Below are positions 9,763 through 17,288 of a stretch of 64,000 nt of DNA, piece after piece (position 1 is the first letter of the stretch; every line of letters starts with the position of its first letter). The position numbers were made by a program, and so were the translations under genes. Source of the stretch: Candidatus Foliamicus sp. (GTDB taxonomy: Bacteria > Pseudomonadota > Gammaproteobacteria > Steroidobacterales > Foliamicaceae); contig OZ242252.1 in the NCBI GenBank assembly GCA_965206955.1, positions 2,179,771-2,243,770 of the forward strand, given 5' to 3'. The notes beneath the pieces were generated by a model. It saw only the letters and a program-made list of their open reading frames with translations. It was not told the origin of the DNA and did not search any database.

Positions 9763-12051
9763 ATGCTGATATCCCGGTTTCGGCTGATTCGCCTGCTGGG
9801 CTCGGGCGGGCTTGGCGAAGTCTGGCTGGCGGAGGATGTCCGGAACCGGCGCGAAAAGGCATTGAAGCTGCTCAAAGCCAAGTATTGCCGAGAGCCTTCT
9901 CATGTGGAGCTGTTCCGGCGCGAATTCTCCGTAGCCCAGTCTCTTGTTCATCCAGCCATTGTGCGCCCGGAGGAATTCTTTTCCGCCGACTCGGTCCATT
10001 TCTTCGCCATGCCTGTCGTGCCGGGAGGGCATATCGGCGCATCCCGAGGGGCCACATGGAACGAAAGCGTGCGGCGACTCCTGCCGGTATGTGATGCCCT
10101 GGCCTATGCACACCGGAAGGGCGTCGTTCACGGGGACATCAAACCTCAGAACATCCTGTTGGATGAGTCCGAAGCCGCTTGCCTGACTGATTTCGGCGCC
10201 GCCCATATTCCGGAAGGACCCGGCGAAAAGAGGATTCGGCGCCCGGGAGGCACGCTTGCCTATATGAGTCCTCAGCAACTGGAGGGCCAGCCTGCGCAAG
10301 TCAGCGATGATGTGTATGCGCTGGGATGCGTGTGCTACGAGCTGTTCTGCGGGTTTCCGCCGTACGCGCCCGACATAAGCGAGGAAAGAGTCCGCAGTGG
10401 GAAATTTGCGGCTCCGGAGGCGTCGCTTGGGTCTCCGCAGCTTCCCACAGCTCTCTGTGAACTGGTCAAGGCCATGTTGGCTGGCGAAAAGTCGCGCCGG
10501 CCGGTGACCATGCAGGCGGTGCGCTCCACGCTGGAAGAGATTCTTGAAGAGCCCGCCACTGCCGGACAGCCGGAGGGGGCCGGCGCTATTGTTGCGCGGG
10601 CTCGCAATCGTCCCGCGGATGGAGCGCCGGCTGCGATGCTGCAACGGCGCTCGGGCGTGCCCCTGTGGTTGGCGTATGTGTTGGGGGCACTGTTGCTGGC
10701 GGTAGCGGTATCGCTGTTTGTCGCGTTGCCTCGCTTTGCCGAGCAGCGCGCCGCGACACGTCCGCCACCGCAGCAGGTTGCGCAGCAGGCCGAAGCGCCG
10801 CAAGAGGACAAGCAGCTCTTGAGGATTCAGCGCGACGCCGCGGATGAAGCCATGGGAGACATGCTTCAGGACCGCAATTACCTGGCCTCATTGCAGCCGG
10901 CCTTGTGGTCCGGTGGCGCCTGGGAACAGGCCATTGCGCAAGAACAACAGGCAGACGACTTCTACCGCCGCCGCGAATACCCGGACGCCCAACTGGGGTA
11001 CCGCAAGGCGGCCGAAATGCTGCGCCAATTGCGCGAGCAGGCGCCGGAGATCGGGCGCAAATCCCTGGAGCAGGCACAAGAAGCGATCGAATCCGGCGAC
11101 CAGGCTTCCGCATTGGAAGCGCTTGAGAAGGCCGAGATCCTGTTGGGAGCAACCGAGGCTGCCGTGCAATTGGCGCGGCGCCGCGTAAGGAAACTTCCGG
11201 AAGTCATGCCGGCGGTGGAGAAGGCGCGGGCCGCCCGGAGGGACGCAAGCCTTGAGGACCAGCGGCAGGCCTGGCAAGCGGTACTTCAGCTAGACCCCGA
11301 CCGGCAGTCCGCGCGCCGGGCGCTGGCAGCCGTGAATGCGGCCCTCGATCAGCAGTTGTTCGATACGCGGATGTCACGAGGGCATGCGGCGCTGGGCGAT
11401 GGGGATCTCAGTTCCGCACGAAGCGCGTTTGAAGCAGCGAAGAAGCAGCGCCCGGGTGACCCGGCGCCTGCAGAGGCACTGACCGCGCTGGAATTGGAGG
11501 AACGCGGCCAGCGTCTGGCGGAACTGCAAGCCGGGGCGATAGCCGGAAAGTTCCGGGAGGATTGGCGCACGGCGGTCGCTAACTACCAGGGCATGCTGGA
11601 GATTGACGCCAATATCATCGCGGCTCAGAAAGGATTGGCCGAAGCGCAGCGGCGGGTGCGCCTGGATGACGGGCTGGAGAACACCATTGCCAATGCCCAG
11701 ACGCTGAATCGCGAAGATGCCTGGCAACGTGGTAAACGCCTGCTTGATGAAGCCGGCGCCATTGCCAATTCCGGGCGGCGGCTCAGCACGCAAATTTCAA
11801 GTCTTGAGCAGGCTCTGACGGTGGCGGCTACCCCGGCGCCCGTGCAGTTGCGGTCCGATGGTCTTACCCAGGTGACCATTTATCACGTGGGCCGATTGGG
11901 GAGTTTCGATAATCGTGTGATGCAGCTTCGGCCCGGCGCCTATACGGCGATCGGCACCCGCGACGGCTATCGTGACGTGCGTCGCGATTTCGTAGTCGCT
12001 CCGGAGGGGCTTTCCGATCCGCTGGTTCTGGTCTGCACCGAACCGATCTGA
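9763..12051 (+). CDS. Hanks-type Ser/Thr protein kinase with TM, TPR-like periplasmic region and C-terminal PEGA-like domain
   Basis: Motifs LGSGGLGEVWLA...ALKLLK, HRKGVVHGDIKPQNILL, DFGAA and YMSPQQ. TM WLAYVLGALLLAVAVSLFVAL. Start at 9763 (MLISRF) or GTG at 9724. Confidence 0.9.
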   Translation: MLISRFRLIRLLGSGGLGEVWLAEDVRNRREKALKLLKAKYCREPSHVELFRREFSVAQSLVHPAIVRPEEFFSADSVHFFAMPVVPGGHIGASRGATWNESVRRLLPVCDALAYAHRKGVVHGDIKPQNILLDESEAACLTDFGAAHIPEGPGEKRIRRPGGTLAYMSPQQLEGQPAQVSDDVYALGCVCYELFCGFPPYAPDISEERVRSGKFAAPEASLGSPQLPTALCELVKAMLAGEKSRRPVTMQAVRSTLEEILEEPATAGQPEGAGAIVARARNRPADGAPAAMLQRRSGVPLWLAYVLGALLLAVAVSLFVALPRFAEQRAATRPPPQQVAQQAEAPQEDKQLLRIQRDAADEAMGDMLQDRNYLASLQPALWSGGAWEQAIAQEQQADDFYRRREYPDAQLGYRKAAEMLRQLREQAPEIGRKSLEQAQEAIESGDQASALEALEKAEILLGATEAAVQLARRRVRKLPEVMPAVEKARAARRDASLEDQRQAWQAVLQLDPDRQSARRALAAVNAALDQQLFDTRMSRGHAALGDGDLSSARSAFEAAKKQRPGDPAPAEALTALELEERGQRLAELQAGAIAGKFREDWRTAVANYQGMLEIDANIIAAQKGLAEAQRRVRLDDGLENTIANAQTLNREDAWQRGKRLLDEAGAIANSGRRLSTQISSLEQALTVAATPAPVQLRSDGLTQVTIYHVGRLGSFDNRVMQLRPGAYTAIGTRDGYRDVRRDFVVAPEGLSDPLVLVCTEPI

Positions 12052-12071
12052 TGCAGGACGCTTCCGCAAAC

Positions 12072-12420
12072 CTGGGACCGAGGGCATCTTGCCCTCAACG
12101 CCGGGAACGAGGGCATCCTGCCCTCGCCGCTGGGACCGAGGGCATCTTGCCCTCAACGCCGGGAACGAGGGCATCCTGCCCTCGCCGCTGGGACCGAGGG
12201 CATCCTGCCCTCAACGCTGGGACCGAGGGCATCCTGCCCTCGACGCTGGGACCGAGGGCATCCTGCCCTCAACGCTGGGACCGAGGGCATCCTGCCCTCG
12301 ACGCTGGGAACGAGGGCATCCTGCCCTCGCGCATCCTGCCCTCACGCTGGGACCGAGGGCATCCTGCCCTCGACGCTGGGAACGAGGGCATCCTGCCCTC
12401 GCGGATGTCCTCCTTCCCAG
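12072..12420. repeat. tandem array of 11 REP hairpins, 29-bp period
   Basis: GAGGGCATC(C/T)TGCCCTC cores start at 12080, 12109, 12138, 12167, 12196, 12225, 12254, 12283, 12312, 12355 and 12384, plus one half-unit at 12331-12343. There are no unique spacers. Confidence 0.95.
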
Positions 12421-12429
12421 GCTTGAGAA

Positions 12430-14898
12430 ATGACCGCTAAAGTAACGATCACGCTGCCCGATGGGGACCGCATCCTGACGGCGGATGAGCTGCCGATCAC
12501 GCTGCCCGATGGGGACCGCATCCTGACGGCGGATGAGCTGCCGATTCTGTTGGGCAGCGGGCCCGGTTCGCATATCCGCCTTCCCGGTCCGGCAGGCGCC
12601 CCTCCGGCTGCCAGCATCAATCTTCTCGACGAGCGTGCGCTGGTGCAGTGCTCCGCGGGAATCTCCGGCCTGCAACTGAACGGCGAGGCGATCAGCGGCG
12701 CCAAGTTGCTTAGGGAAGGGGACCGGCTTTCCATCGCAGGAGTCGAAGTGGCTCTTGATGGCGTATCCGCCAATTCACTAAGACTCCGGGTGGAATACCT
12801 GGCGAGTGCCTGGGATACCCGGCCTCCGGAAATTGCCGCAGATGAAGAAGGAAGATCCGCGGTTCCCCTGCGCCCGGCCCGATCCAAGGCTACGTCCTCC
12901 CGCCCGTCCAGAGCCCGGCTTTGGCTGCGCCTGGCGGTCGGCCTGATGTTGGCGGTTCTTGGCGCCTGCACGATTTTCGTATTCACCGCCGCCGGCGTAT
13001 TGATTGAAGTCGAGCCGGCGGAAGCTCAAGTGCAGGTCGAGGCGCTCAAACCGATGCCTCACGTCGGACCCCGCTACCTCCTATGGAGCGGCCAGTACCG
13101 GGTGCGCTCCGAACTGGAAAGGTATTACCCGCTGGATGAGCAGATTGAAGTGCGCGCCGTAGGCGGAGAGGAATTTCGTTTCGCCATGCAGCTCTTGCCT
13201 GGCCGCGTGGTGGTGGATACGGTAGCCGGCGCGGAGATTCGCATCGAGGGACAGGAAGGTGTGTTCACCGCCGGTGAGGAAATAGAACTCGAGCCTGGAA
13301 CCTACATAGTGAAGGTGAGTACGCCTCGCTACAAGGAATTAAACGCTGCGCTGGTTGTCAACGGAGGCGGCGAAATCGAGCCGTTCAGCGCGGAATTGGA
13401 ACCGGATTGGGCGGAGATCACGGTGAGCAGCGAGCCGGCCGGGGCGGAATTACGGGCTGAAGGCGAAGTATTGGGCGAAACACCGGCAACCGTGGAATTA
13501 CTCTCCGGAGAACGGGTGCTCTCACTCGCCAAGGCCGGTTTTGCAACGCACAGGGAACAACTTGCCATTGTGGCAGGCGAGCCTCAGATCTTGCCTTCCA
13601 TTCGCCTGCGGCCCGCGTCCGGTGTTCTTAAGGTGCAAACCGACCCGCCGGGCGCGAGCATCACGGTGGACGGAAATTTCCGTGGCGGCTCTCCGGCCAC
13701 TGTGGAAGTAAGCCCTGACCGCGCGCATCGCGTGGTGGTCTCGCGGGCCGGGTATGAATCGCAGGAACGCTCGGTAAGGCTGGGCCGAGGCCAGCAGCAA
13801 TCGCTGAATATCGCTCTCAAGCCGCGCCTGGGCAGGATTCGCGTAATGAGCCGGCCGGCAGGGGCTGAAGTACTGGTAAACGGGAAGGCCGCCGGCAGCA
13901 CGCCAATCGATTTGGACCTGCCATCCACGGAGCACACGCTTGAACTGAGGCTGGAAGGCTACGTGGCCGATTCCCGCCAAGTCATCCCCCAGCCTGCCTA
14001 TCCGCAGGAAATAGCCATAGAACTACTTACCCCGCCGCAGGCCAGACTGGCGGCCCAGCCCACGGAGATCCAGACATCCCTGGGCGCCAGGATGATATTG
14101 CTGCTCCCCGGCGAATTCGAGATGGGATCGCAACGCGGTTCCCAAGGATGGCGTAACAACGAGGTGCGCCGCAAGGTGCGCATCACCAAGCGCTACTATC
14201 TTGGCGTCAAGGAAGTAAGCAACCGGGAGTATAGGGCGATTGTGCCTACGCATACCTCGGGAGCTGAGCGCTTCAAGTCGCTCGCAGCCGACAGCAGTCC
14301 CGCGGTAGATCTGGACTGGCGAGCCGCGGCTGCATTCTGCAATTGGCTGAGTTCGCAAGAGAATCTGCCGCTCCAATACGTAAACCGAAGCGGCCGCCTG
14401 CAGCCGGTTGCCGAGCCGGGGACCGGCTATCGCTTGCCCACCGAAGCCGAATGGGTCTGGGCGGCGCGCTACGCCGGCGGGGTAGGGGATTCACGCTATC
14501 CATGGGGCGAACGCATGCCGCCCTCACCGCTTTCGGGGAATTACGCCGACCAATCCGCCAGCAGTCTGGTGACAATCACCCTAAGTGGCTACAACGATAA
14601 TTTCGCTTTCACCGCCGCGGCCGGCTCGTTCCCCCCCAACGCCAAGGGCTTTTACGATCTGGGCGGCAACGCGTCCGAATGGATGGGCGATTTCTATGGC
14701 ACCGACACGCTGTACCCGAACTTCGAAGTAGACCCGCGCGGTCCCACAGAAGGGCGTTTCCACGTGATCCGTGGCTCCAGCTGGCTTCACGGCGCGCTGC
14801 GCGAACTGCGCTGGGCCTACCGTGACTTTGGCGAAGAAGAGCGAATCGATGTAGGATTTCGTTTGGCGCGCTACGCCGAACTGCAGGAACCGGAATGA
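12430..14898 (+). CDS. FHA-like / TM / multi-PEGA / formylglycine-generating-enzyme (FGE-sulfatase, SUMF1-type) domain protein
   Basis: N-terminal FHA-like fold (LLGSGPGSHIRL...LNGEAI...GDRLSIAG). TM LAVGLMLAVLGACTIFVF. At least 3 PEGA units (SEPAGAELRAEG..., TDPPGASITVDG..., SRPAGAEVLVNG...). C-terminal FGE motifs YRLPTEAEWVWAAR, GNASEWM and RGSSW. Confidence 0.85.
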   Translation: MTAKVTITLPDGDRILTADELPITLPDGDRILTADELPILLGSGPGSHIRLPGPAGAPPAASINLLDERALVQCSAGISGLQLNGEAISGAKLLREGDRLSIAGVEVALDGVSANSLRLRVEYLASAWDTRPPEIAADEEGRSAVPLRPARSKATSSRPSRARLWLRLAVGLMLAVLGACTIFVFTAAGVLIEVEPAEAQVQVEALKPMPHVGPRYLLWSGQYRVRSELERYYPLDEQIEVRAVGGEEFRFAMQLLPGRVVVDTVAGAEIRIEGQEGVFTAGEEIELEPGTYIVKVSTPRYKELNAALVVNGGGEIEPFSAELEPDWAEITVSSEPAGAELRAEGEVLGETPATVELLSGERVLSLAKAGFATHREQLAIVAGEPQILPSIRLRPASGVLKVQTDPPGASITVDGNFRGGSPATVEVSPDRAHRVVVSRAGYESQERSVRLGRGQQQSLNIALKPRLGRIRVMSRPAGAEVLVNGKAAGSTPIDLDLPSTEHTLELRLEGYVADSRQVIPQPAYPQEIAIELLTPPQARLAAQPTEIQTSLGARMILLLPGEFEMGSQRGSQGWRNNEVRRKVRITKRYYLGVKEVSNREYRAIVPTHTSGAERFKSLAADSSPAVDLDWRAAAAFCNWLSSQENLPLQYVNRSGRLQPVAEPGTGYRLPTEAEWVWAARYAGGVGDSRYPWGERMPPSPLSGNYADQSASSLVTITLSGYNDNFAFTAAAGSFPPNAKGFYDLGGNASEWMGDFYGTDTLYPNFEVDPRGPTEGRFHVIRGSSWLHGALRELRWAYRDFGEEERIDVGFRLARYAELQEPE
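12448..12543 (+). repeat. perfect 48-bp in-frame tandem duplication
   Basis: atcacgctgcccgatggggaccgcatcctgacggcggatgagctgccg occurs twice (ITLPDGDRILTADELP x2). Confidence 0.95.
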
Positions 14899-15269
14899 AA
14901 AAGATACCGGGAGTAATCGCGATCATCGCCCTTGCCATCGGGCTGACCTGGGCCGCTGGAAGAGTGGGCGACTGGCTGGGGTTTGCTCAACAGGTGGACC
15001 CTGCCGCGGAAGAGAAGCCCTCCGGGAACCAAGACATCCCCCCTGGGACCGAGGGCATCCTGCCCTCGAATAACGGCTCTCCCGGCGCAGAAACGGACAC
15101 CGAAGGGATCACCCCCGCTCCACCACAAATATCCGCCGAAGTAGCCTCCATCGAAGAAGACCTCGCCCGTATCGAGGAAGCCCTGCAAAGCGACGAAGTC
15201 CTGGAGGAATTCATCCCCTCCGAGCCCCTGTCCGCCGACAACCCCATTCCCTTTCCCACCGACATCTGA
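14895..15269 (+). CDS. small secreted/membrane-anchored acidic protein
   Basis: The ATG overlaps the upstream stop (ATGA). Signal/TM MKKIPGVIAIIALAIGLTWAAG. It contains an in-frame REP hairpin at 15051-15067. Confidence 0.6.
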   Translation: MKKIPGVIAIIALAIGLTWAAGRVGDWLGFAQQVDPAAEEKPSGNQDIPPGTEGILPSNNGSPGAETDTEGITPAPPQISAEVASIEEDLARIEEALQSDEVLEEFIPSEPLSADNPIPFPTDI

Positions 15270-15300
15270 TCGGTCCGCAAAAAAACGGGGCGTTCCGCTT
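15262..15300. repeat. left 39-bp target-site duplication of the IS
   Basis: acatctgatcggtccgcaaaaaaacggggcgttccgctt is identical to 17209-17247. Confidence 0.9.
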
Positions 15301-17208
15301 CCTGACTTCGACGGTTGATGCGGCTGCGGGGTGGGTTTTGGCGGAAAGAGTCGTGTAATTCCGGGGATTTATTGGCGAGGGGTTCGGGATGGGCCAGCGT
15401 AGTGCCTAGTCCTTTTCTTTAGTTGACAAGCGTGCCCCCAGACGTTACCGTGCGTCCATGTTCATCCGCGTCAAAACCACCCCCAACAGCCCCCGGCGTT
15501 CCGTTCAACTCGTCGAGTCCGTGCGCGCCGGCGGAAAGGTCCGGCAACGCATCGTCCGGCACGTCGGCATCGCCATGGATGACGACGAACTGGTTCGGCT
15601 TAAGGAACTGGGGGAATTCATCAAGGCGAAGATCAGCGATGAACGCCAGCCGGGACTGTTCCCGCCCGAACCGATCGCCGAGCAGGCGATCCGGGCGTCA
15701 CGGGCGGCGAATAAGGCGCTGCGGGTGGACTTGAAGCAACTGGAGGAAGAACAGCGCGTGGTCACCGGCATTCACGAAGTGTATGGCGCGACGTATCGCC
15801 AACTGGGTTTTGACAAGCTGTTGCCGAGGTCCCGCTACCGCGCTTCCCACGACAGTCTGCTGCATACCGTCATGGCGCGGATCGCCAACCCCGACAGCAA
15901 GCGCGGCAGCGTGCGGCGGCTGGAGCAGGACTTCGGGGTGGGGCTGCCGCTGGAGAAGCTCTACCGGATGATGGATCACCTCGCCGGGCGGGTGATTGAG
16001 CGGCTCAAAACGCGGGTCGGCAGCGCCACGCAGGCGCTGCTGCCGGAGCCTTTGAACGTGCTGTTCTTCGACTGCACGACCTTGTATTTCGAGTCGTTCA
16101 CCGAGGATGAACTCAAACAGAATGGTTTCAGCAAGGACGCCAAGCACCATCAGGTGCAGGTGCTGCTGGCCCTGATGGTGACGCGGGAAGGTTTGCCGGT
16201 GAGCTATGCGGTGTTCCCGGGCGCCACCTACGAGGGACACAGCTTCATCCCGGTGCTTAAGGACGTGCAGCAGCGTCACCCACTCGGGCAAGCGGTATGG
16301 GTGGCTGACCGGGGGATGTTCAGTGACGATAATCTCAAGGAGTTGGAAGCGCAGGGCTGCGGATACATCGTGGGCGCCCGGATTAAGAACCTTCCCAAGA
16401 CGCTTGCCGAGCAAATTCTCGACACCGGCGCCTACCGGCCGCTGGAAGGCGTTGCGGGTAGGCAGGTTGCGCAATGGCGCCACGGTGACCGGCGGCTGGT
16501 AGTGACCTACAACCCGGCGCGGGCGCGCAAAGATCAGCACGAGCGCCGCAAGGCGGTTGAGAAGCTGATCAAAAAACTGGGCAAAAGCGATAACCCCAAG
16601 GCCCTGCTCGGCCATCGCGGCAACCAGCGCTTTATCACCATTGACGGCGACGCGCGGCTGATGCTCAACGAAGCCAAGGTCAAGGAAGCGGCGCGCTGGG
16701 ACGGGCTGCAGGGGATCATCACCAACCTTGAGGATATGCCGCACCACGAACTGCTGTCGCGCTATCGTGGCCTGTGGCAGGTCGAGGAAAGCTTCCGCAT
16801 CACCAAACATGACCTCAAGGTGCGCCCGATCTACCACTGGACGCCGCACCGGGTGCAGGCACACATCGCCATCGCCTTCATGGCTTTTGCCTGCATACGC
16901 CATCTCGCCTACCGGGTCGCGCTGCAGAAGCGCCGCATGTCTCCGGAAGTCATCCGCAATGCTCTCGTTCACCGCCAGTGTTCGGTGCTCCGGCACCGGC
17001 GCACCGGGAAACGCTATGCGGTGCCGTCAAAACCTTCCCGCGAAACAGAGGACATCTATCGAGCCATGGGGCTGCCACTTCCCACCACGCCCTGCGAACT
17101 CACCTGAACTCACCACTTCTCCCGGCGCTGCTGCTGAATGTAGTGCCTTGGCGCTGATGTGAATTCAGTTAAATCAACACGTTACGAAATCCAACCGTCG
17201 AAGTCAGG
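15301..17208 (+). mobile_element. IS1634-family (IS4 superfamily) insertion sequence
   Basis: 17-bp terminal inverted repeats CCTGACTTCGACGGTTG (15301-15317) and CAACCGTCGAAGTCAGG (17192-17208). Single transposase ORF, flanked by a 39-bp direct repeat. Confidence 0.9.
15458..17107 (+). CDS. IS1634-family DDE transposase
   Basis: The N-terminus MFIRVKTTPNSPRRSVQLVESVRAGGKVRQRIVRHVG is characteristic of this family as I recall it. 549 aa. Confidence 0.85.
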   Translation: MFIRVKTTPNSPRRSVQLVESVRAGGKVRQRIVRHVGIAMDDDELVRLKELGEFIKAKISDERQPGLFPPEPIAEQAIRASRAANKALRVDLKQLEEEQRVVTGIHEVYGATYRQLGFDKLLPRSRYRASHDSLLHTVMARIANPDSKRGSVRRLEQDFGVGLPLEKLYRMMDHLAGRVIERLKTRVGSATQALLPEPLNVLFFDCTTLYFESFTEDELKQNGFSKDAKHHQVQVLLALMVTREGLPVSYAVFPGATYEGHSFIPVLKDVQQRHPLGQAVWVADRGMFSDDNLKELEAQGCGYIVGARIKNLPKTLAEQILDTGAYRPLEGVAGRQVAQWRHGDRRLVVTYNPARARKDQHERRKAVEKLIKKLGKSDNPKALLGHRGNQRFITIDGDARLMLNEAKVKEAARWDGLQGIITNLEDMPHHELLSRYRGLWQVEESFRITKHDLKVRPIYHWTPHRVQAHIAIAFMAFACIRHLAYRVALQKRRMSPEVIRNALVHRQCSVLRHRRTGKRYAVPSKPSRETEDIYRAMGLPLPTTPCELT

Positions 17209-17247
17209 ACATCTGATCGGTCCGCAAAAAAACGGGGCGTTCCGCTT
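17209..17247. repeat. right 39-bp target-site duplication of the IS
   Basis: Identical to 15262-15300. Confidence 0.9.
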
Positions 17248-17264
17248 GGTCACGAAACGCCCCG
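17225..17264 (-). terminator. intrinsic terminator of the TonB-dependent receptor gene, site of the IS insertion
   Basis: Stem cggggcgtt (17233-17241) / aacgccccg (17256-17264). On the minus strand it is followed by a T7 run (17225-17232). The IS sits in what would be the loop. Confidence 0.7.
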
Positions 17265-17288
17265 CTAACTGCGCGAAGTATCTACCAA

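Noticed and set aside
12051-12440. ORFs of 129 and 114 aa, and a possible CRISPR array, in the 29-bp repeat region
   Set aside because: The apparent peptides are just translated hairpins (GPRASCPQRWDRGHPALDAG...). There are no unique spacers between repeats, so it is not CRISPR. The same motif is dispersed throughout the window.
14050-14898. Possible diversity-generating retroelement target, because FGE/C-type-lectin folds are common DGR variable proteins
   Set aside because: No reverse transcriptase gene, and no template-repeat copy of the 3' end of the gene, is visible anywhere in the window.
15698-16996. 432-aa minus-strand ORF inside the IS
   Set aside because: Antisense to the transposase. 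The translation has no recognisable features.
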